In this document: positions 58,463 through 64,000 of the stretch, piece by piece | Layout: each line of letters starts with the position of its first letter | Numbering within the stretch: the first letter of the stretch is position 1 | Assembly: GCA_964242015.1 (NCBI GenBank) | Contig: CAXTCC010000001.1 | Location: forward strand, 4,781 to 68,780 | DNA length: 64,000 nucleotides | From: an uncultured Variovorax sp. | GTDB taxonomy: Bacteria; Pseudomonadota; Gammaproteobacteria; Burkholderiales; Burkholderiaceae_C | Reading direction: 5' to 3' | Translations under genes and position numbers: made by a program | The notes under the pieces: model-generated | The model's input: only the letters and a program-made list of their open reading frames with translations | What the model was told of the DNA's origin: nothing | Database searches by the model: none

Positions 58463-59057
58463 GCGAGTTCGCGTGGATGGCGCGGCGATGTGGAACGACG
58501 GCTGGTATCGCTTCGCCCGGCAACTGCGTTCGCCCAACTTCGGCCCACGCCCTGCCGCTGCGAACATTGATCTGATCGTGCTGCATTCGATCAGCCTGCC
58601 GCCTGCACACTACGGTGGCGACGAGGTGCAGCAGCTGTTCACGAACTGCCTGGATTGGGACGCACACCCTTACTTCGCGAGCATTCGCGGCATCGAAGTG
58701 TCTTCGCATTTCTACGTGCGGCGCGACGGCGAGCTCTGGCAGTTCGTCAGCTGCGACGATCGTGCCTGGCACGCGGGGCCATCGGCCTGGCGCGGCCGCA
58801 CCAACTGCAACGACGACTCGATCGGCATCGAGCTCGAAGGGCTCGAAGGCGAGTCTTTCGAAGATGCGCAATACGAGACATTAGAGAGCCTGTGCCCGGC
58901 CATCGCGCAGCGCTATCCGATTGCTTTCGTGGCGGGCCATGAGCACATCGCACCCGGGCGCAAACAGGACCCTGGTGCCGGATTCGCGTGGCGGCGTCTG
59001 CGCGACGCAACGGGTTGGAAAAACGAGATGTTTCCCGAGGTCGCGATCTCACCCTGA
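58455..59057 (+). CDS. ampD: 1,6-anhydro-N-acetylmuramyl-L-alanine amidase
   Basis: SPNF..RP, H.ISLPP, VSSHF, AWHAG.S, ND.SIGIELEG, GHEHIAPGRK.DPG. Confidence 0.95.
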   Translation: MSERVRVDGAAMWNDGWYRFARQLRSPNFGPRPAAANIDLIVLHSISLPPAHYGGDEVQQLFTNCLDWDAHPYFASIRGIEVSSHFYVRRDGELWQFVSCDDRAWHAGPSAWRGRTNCNDDSIGIELEGLEGESFEDAQYETLESLCPAIAQRYPIAFVAGHEHIAPGRKQDPGAGFAWRRLRDATGWKNEMFPEVAISP

Positions 59058-59096
59058 TGTCAGTGACAAGATCGCAAGGCGCGTGCTGCCGCATCG

Positions 59097-59182
59097 CAGC
59101 AACCATGCGGTTTGCAGGTGCAAAAGCGGTTGAAAACCGCATGGTTGCTGGCTTGGAATAAGGTAGTCCAGCAACCACGCGG
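59097..59182. repeat. Three alternating copies of CAGCAACCAYGCGG forming overlapping inverted repeats
   Basis: 59097-59113 is a perfect 17-bp inverse of 59134-59150; 59137-59151 is a 14/15 inverse of 59168-59182. Confidence 0.75.
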
Positions 59183-59251
59183 CCTGCCCCGCGCATCGGC
59201 TGCGAAGCGTCAAAATGTGCAGTTTTTCACAAACATTGAAGTTCGTCGAAA

Positions 59252-59298
59252 ACACTACATCTAGTGGTTGTGGGCCCCTCGGACCCTAGATATAGTGT
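59252..59298. promoter_or_regulatory. Tandem NrdR boxes
   Basis: ACACTACATCTAGTGG (59252-59267) and ACCCTAGATATAGTGT (59283-59298), 31 bp apart, match acaCwAtATaTwGtg; upstream of nrdA. Confidence 0.88.
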
Positions 59299-59389
59299 GC
59301 CGTCCGGAACAAATGCCCAAAGGGCCCCGGAATCGAACGCCGACCGCCGCTGTCCGCGTCTCCAACAAGAATTGCCAACCGAGGACCGA

Positions 59390-62383
59390 ATGCAAACAGC
59401 CCTGAACACACCGTCCGCATCGCGCACCGTGCTATCCACCAACGCCACCGGCAGCGCCCGCGACACCGCTGGATCGCCCGCCAGCAACGCGCTCGCCCAC
59501 TACCAGATCATTCGCCGCAACGGCGCGGTGGTCCCGTTCGAACCGAACAAGATCGCCATCGCGATGATGAAGGCCTTTCTGGCCGTGCACGGCACGCAAG
59601 GTGCTGCTTCTGCCAGCGTGCGCGAGACCGTCGACGGTCTCACGCAAGCCGTCGTGCGCGCCATGGTGCGCTCGCGTCCGGGCGGGGGCACCTTCCACAT
59701 CGAAGACGTGCAGGACTCGGTCGAACTCGGCCTGATGCGCGGCGGCCACCATGAAATCGCGCGTGCCTATGTGCTGTACCGCGAACGCCGCACGCAAGAG
59801 CGCGCCAAGCAAGGCGCGCAAGACGCACCGGTCGCACCGGTCATTCACGTGCTCGACCGCGGCGAGCGCGTCGCGCTCGACCTGAACGAACTCAAGGGCT
59901 TGATTGAATCCGCCTGCGAAGGTCTGGGCGACAGCATCACTGCGGCGCCGATCCAGGCCGAGACGATGCGCAACCTCTACGACGGCGTGCCGCTCGACGA
60001 GGTCTACAAGGCCTCGATCCTGGCGGCTCGCACGCTGATCGAAAAAGATCCGGACTACACCTTCGCGACCGCGCGCCTGCTGCTGCACACGATCTTCAAG
60101 GAAATCCTGGGACGCGAAGTGATGCCGGTCGAGCGCTCGCAGGCCTACGTCGACTACTTTCCGCAGTTCATCAAGAAGGGCGTCGACAACGAACTGCTCG
60201 ACGAAAAGCTGCTGCAGTACGACTTGCCCCGCCTGGCCGCTGCGCTCAAGGCCGAGCGCGACCTGCAGTTCGACTACCTCGGCCTGCAGACGCTGTACGA
60301 CCGCTACTTCCTGCACATCCGCAAGGACCGCATCGAACTGCCGCAGGCGTTCTTCATGCGCGTGGCGATGGGCCTGTCGCTCGGCGAAATCGACCGCGAA
60401 GCCCGCGCCATCGAGTTCTACGAAGTGCTGTCGTCGTTCGACTTCATGTCGAGCACGCCGACCCTGTTCAATGCTGGCACCTTGCGCTCGCAACTGTCGA
60501 GCTGCTACTTGACGACCGTGCCCGACGACCTCGACGGCATCTACGAATCGATCAAGGAAAACGCGCTGCTTTCGAAGTTTGCCGGCGGCCTCGGCAACGA
60601 CTGGACCCGCGTGCGCGCGCTCGGCAGCCACATCAAGGGCACCAACGGCGAATCGCAAGGCGTCGTGCCTTTCCTGAAGGTCGTCAACGACACGGCCGTC
60701 GCTGTCAACCAGGGCGGCAAGCGCAAGGGCGCGGTCTGCACCTACCTGGAAAGCTGGCACCTGGACATCGAGGAGTTCCTGGAACTGCGCAAGAACACCG
60801 GTGACGACCGCCGCCGCACGCACGACATGAACACCGCCAACTGGATCCCCGACCTCTTCATGCGCCGCGTGATGGAAAAGGGCACCTGGACGCTGTTCTC
60901 GCCCAACAACGTGCCCGACCTGCACGACAAGTTCGGTGCCGACTTCGAGCGCGCTTACGTGGCCTACGAAGAACGTGCCGCACGCGGCGACATCAAGCCG
61001 AGCCGCACGCTGCCGGCCGCCGACCTGTGGCGAAAGATGCTCACGATGCTGTTCGAAACCGGGCACCCGTGGATCACTTTCAAGGACGCCTGCAACGTGC
61101 GCTCGCCGCAACAGCACACGGGCGTCGTGCACTCGTCGAACCTTTGCACCGAGATCACGCTGAACACCAGCGACACCGAAACCGCGGTCTGCAACCTGGG
61201 TTCGGTGAACCTGCCGCAGCATCTGAAGGCGGCACCCGACGGCTCGACCGGCGGCTTTGTCCTTGATCACGAGAAGCTCAAGCGCACGATCTCGACGGCC
61301 ATGCGCATGCTCGACAACGTGATCGACATCAACTACTACGCCGTCAAGAAGGCGCGCGACTCCAACCTGCGCCATCGTCCGGTCGGTCTGGGCGTGATGG
61401 GCTTCCAGGATGCGCTGTACGAACTTCGCATTCCGTATGCCTCGCAAGAAGCCGTCGAATTCGCCGACGTCTCGATGGAGGCCATCTGCTACCACGCGTA
61501 CTGGGCATCGACCGATCTCGCCAAAGAGCGCGGCAAGTACTCGAGCTACAAGGGCTCCTTGTGGGACAAGGGCGTGCTGCCGATCGACACGCTCGACCTG
61601 CTCGAAAAAGCACGCGGCGGCTACGTCGAAGTCGACCGCTCGACCACGCTCGACTGGGACGCACTGCGCCAGAAGATCAAGACCGACGGCATGCGCAATT
61701 CGAACTGCGTGGCCATCGCGCCGACCGCGACCATCTCCAACATCATCGGTGTCGACGCATCGATCGAGCCTTGCTTCGGCAACCTGTCGGTCAAGTCGAA
61801 CCTGTCGGGTGAGTTCACCGTCATCAACCATTACCTGGTGCGCGATCTGAAGCGCCTCGGTTTGTGGGACGACGTGATGGTCATGGACCTGAAGCACTTC
61901 GATGGTTCGCTGCGTCCGATCGATCGCGTGCCGCAAGACATCAAGGCGCTCTACGCCACCGCCTTCGAAGTCGAGACGACGTGGCTGGTCGAAGCCGCCG
62001 CGCGCCGCCAGAAGTGGATCGACCAGGCGCAGTCGCTCAACATCTACATGGCCGGCGCATCGGGCAAGAAGCTCGACGACACCTACAAGCTCGCATGGTT
62101 GCGCGGCTTGAAGACGACCTACTACCTCCGCACGCAGAGCGCGACGCACGCCGAGAAATCGACAGTGCAATCGGGTCGTCTCAACGCGGTGTCGTCGGGC
62201 ATCACGTCTGGCAGCACGAGCAGCGATTCGTCATCGCAGATGACGTCGAGCATGCCGGCCGCATCGGGCATGAGCGCACTCGATGCAGCAGCGCACGCTG
62301 CACAGCTGCAGTTGAGTTCGATGCCGCAAACCGACATCGCGTTTTGCGGTGTCGACGATCCGACGTGCGAAGCATGTCAATGA
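59390..62383 (+). CDS. nrdA: Ribonucleoside-diphosphate reductase alpha subunit (class Ia)
   Basis: ATP-cone N-terminus (IIRRNG), TPTLFNAG, LSSCY, SNLCTEI, APTATIS, KTTYYLR, C-terminal CEACQ; GAGG RBS. Confidence 0.97.
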   Translation: MQTALNTPSASRTVLSTNATGSARDTAGSPASNALAHYQIIRRNGAVVPFEPNKIAIAMMKAFLAVHGTQGAASASVRETVDGLTQAVVRAMVRSRPGGGTFHIEDVQDSVELGLMRGGHHEIARAYVLYRERRTQERAKQGAQDAPVAPVIHVLDRGERVALDLNELKGLIESACEGLGDSITAAPIQAETMRNLYDGVPLDEVYKASILAARTLIEKDPDYTFATARLLLHTIFKEILGREVMPVERSQAYVDYFPQFIKKGVDNELLDEKLLQYDLPRLAAALKAERDLQFDYLGLQTLYDRYFLHIRKDRIELPQAFFMRVAMGLSLGEIDREARAIEFYEVLSSFDFMSSTPTLFNAGTLRSQLSSCYLTTVPDDLDGIYESIKENALLSKFAGGLGNDWTRVRALGSHIKGTNGESQGVVPFLKVVNDTAVAVNQGGKRKGAVCTYLESWHLDIEEFLELRKNTGDDRRRTHDMNTANWIPDLFMRRVMEKGTWTLFSPNNVPDLHDKFGADFERAYVAYEERAARGDIKPSRTLPAADLWRKMLTMLFETGHPWITFKDACNVRSPQQHTGVVHSSNLCTEITLNTSDTETAVCNLGSVNLPQHLKAAPDGSTGGFVLDHEKLKRTISTAMRMLDNVIDINYYAVKKARDSNLRHRPVGLGVMGFQDALYELRIPYASQEAVEFADVSMEAICYHAYWASTDLAKERGKYSSYKGSLWDKGVLPIDTLDLLEKARGGYVEVDRSTTLDWDALRQKIKTDGMRNSNCVAIAPTATISNIIGVDASIEPCFGNLSVKSNLSGEFTVINHYLVRDLKRLGLWDDVMVMDLKHFDGSLRPIDRVPQDIKALYATAFEVETTWLVEAAARRQKWIDQAQSLNIYMAGASGKKLDDTYKLAWLRGLKTTYYLRTQSATHAEKSTVQSGRLNAVSSGITSGSTSSDSSSQMTSSMPAASGMSALDAAAHAAQLQLSSMPQTDIAFCGVDDPTCEACQ

Positions 62384-62527
62384 AGTGCGTTTGATGTTCG
62401 CGGCATCGCCTGACATCACAACGCGATGCATGTGAGCAACATAACGACGAGATAAATGGAGCGCGATGTGAACGAGCACTTTCCAACTCGCATCGTTGCT
62501 CTGATAATTTGAGCATTGGATTTTTCT

Positions 62528-63769
62528 ATGTTGACCTGGGACGAAGAAGTCAAGCCCTCCTTGCCAAAGGACATGCAACAAGGATTGCAGCACTTACCGA
62601 AAAGCGGCGCATCGAATGCGCGCTCGATGGAAGTCCCGACGCCGAAATTCGCATCGGCTGCTCCAGCAGCTGCAGCTTCGGTCGCTGCATCGTCGGCTGC
62701 CACGTCTTCGGTCGCTGCATCGTTCGTCGCTTCAGCCGCCGCACCTGTCGCACGTCGCGTTCGCGCTGCCGACAAACGCATCATCAACGGCCAGACCGAC
62801 GTCAACCAGCTCGTACCGTTCAAGTACAAGTGGGCTTGGGAAAAGTACCTCGCCTCTTGCGCCAACCACTGGATGCCGCAGGAAGTGAACATGACGCGCG
62901 ACATCGCGTTGTGGAAAGACCCGAACGGCCTGACCGAAGACGAGCGCCGCATCGTGAAGCGCAATCTCGGCTTCTTCGTGACCGCCGATTCGCTGGCTGC
63001 CAACAACATCGTGCTGGGCACGTACCGCCACATCACCGCACCCGAGTGCCGGCAGTTCTTGCTGCGCCAGGCCTTCGAAGAAGCGATCCACACGCACGCC
63101 TACCAGTACATCGTCGAGTCGCTCGGGCTGGACGAGAGCGAGATCTTCAACGCCTACAACGAAGTGCCTTCGATCCGCGAGAAGGACCAGTTCCTGATCC
63201 CGTTCATCGAAGCCATCAGCGACCCGCTCTTCAAGACCGGCACGCACGAGACCGACCAGACCCTGCTCAAGTCGCTCATCGTGTTCGCCTGCCTGATGGA
63301 AGGTTTGTTCTTCTACGTTGGCTTCACGCAGATTCTGGCGCTGGGTCGCCAGAACAAGATGACCGGCGCCGCCGAGCAGTACCAGTACATCCTGCGCGAC
63401 GAGTCGATGCACTGCAATTTCGGCATCGACCTCATCAACCAGCTCAAGCTCGAGAACCCCGGCCTCTGGAACAGCGAGTTCAAGGCCGAGATCAAGGCCC
63501 TCTTCATGACGGCCGTCGAGCTCGAATACAAGTACGCCGAAGACACCATGCCGCGCGGTGTGCTCGGCATGAACGCCTCCATGTTCAAGGGCTACCTGCG
63601 CTACATCGCCAACCGGCGTGCACAGCAGATCGGCCTCGAAACGCTCTTCCCGAACGAAGAAAATCCGTTCCCCTGGATGAGCGAAATGATCGACCTGAAG
63701 AAAGAACGCAATTTCTTCGAGACCCGCGTCATCGAATATCAATCGGGTGGTGCGCTCTCGTGGGATTGA
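62528..63769 (+). CDS. nrdB: Ribonucleoside-diphosphate reductase beta subunit
   Basis: W.PQEV, metal ligands D / EEAIH / EG / DESMH, radical Tyr in HTHAY, NFFE.RV.EYQ. Confidence 0.97.
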   Translation: MLTWDEEVKPSLPKDMQQGLQHLPKSGASNARSMEVPTPKFASAAPAAAASVAASSAATSSVAASFVASAAAPVARRVRAADKRIINGQTDVNQLVPFKYKWAWEKYLASCANHWMPQEVNMTRDIALWKDPNGLTEDERRIVKRNLGFFVTADSLAANNIVLGTYRHITAPECRQFLLRQAFEEAIHTHAYQYIVESLGLDESEIFNAYNEVPSIREKDQFLIPFIEAISDPLFKTGTHETDQTLLKSLIVFACLMEGLFFYVGFTQILALGRQNKMTGAAEQYQYILRDESMHCNFGIDLINQLKLENPGLWNSEFKAEIKALFMTAVELEYKYAEDTMPRGVLGMNASMFKGYLRYIANRRAQQIGLETLFPNEENPFPWMSEMIDLKKERNFFETRVIEYQSGGALSWD

Positions 63770-63962
63770 ATTTTTTCGATAAGAATTAATGAGTTCAAGA
63801 ATTGCTTTCGCCGCCGATCGCGCCATAGAGCGCGGCACGGACGAAAGCGCAGGTGTTCATGGTGCTGGGCTTGATCCAACACCATGAATCGCTTCACGTT
63901 CACAAGCGGGCGTGAAGTGCTTCAAGAGGTTGATTTTTCAACTTGATCAAGGAGAAATAGAA

Positions 63963-64000
63963 ATGGCAACTGCAAAGAAAGCGCCGGCTAAGAAAGCCGC
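63963..64000 (+). CDS. Histone H1-like Lys/Ala-rich DNA-binding protein (5' fragment, truncated by the window)
   Basis: AAGGAG RBS, then MATAKKAPAKKA. Confidence 0.65.
   Translation, partial: MATAKKAPAKKA

Noticed and set aside
62528-63769. Non-canonical (class Ic or metal-free) RNR beta subunit
   Set aside because: The Asp first ligand, other carboxylate/His ligands and the radical Tyr are all present; ordinary class Ia
63825-63850. Sigma54-like GGCACG upstream of the H1-like gene
   Set aside because: GG-to-GC spacing is 11 rather than 10 and there is no TTGC

Overview
GC-rich betaproteobacterial chromosome. Gene order and proteins look like Comamonadaceae (Variovorax-like); this is inferred, not from a search. 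Most of the window is core genome: glmS/lrp/glmU, slt, cca, otsBA, folB, ttcA, an RND pump, miaB, opgH, ffh, pilSR, ampD, nrdAB with two NrdR boxes, and the start of a histone H1-like gene. Two things stand out. (1) A ~14.4 kb five-gene cluster (25277-39677) with no thioesterase: an A-T-KS-AT-ACP-aminotransferase hybrid (Thr code), a C-A-T-C-T NRPS (Gly code), an Sfp-type PPTase, and two atypical alpha/beta-hydrolases resembling the exosortase-associated hydrolase pair. Collinear logic predicts a 3,4-diamino-5-hydroxyhexanoyl-glycyl unit that may be transferred to an acceptor rather than released. (2) A GlrK-QseG-GlrR-like trio followed by TGTC-N10-GACA sites, a perfect IHF consensus and a sigma54 -24/-12 promoter that reads into opgH rather than a glmY-type sRNA, while glmS has its own divergent Lrp regulator. 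No rRNA, tRNA, CRISPR array or mobile element was seen. All product calls come from motifs read by eye, with no database search.
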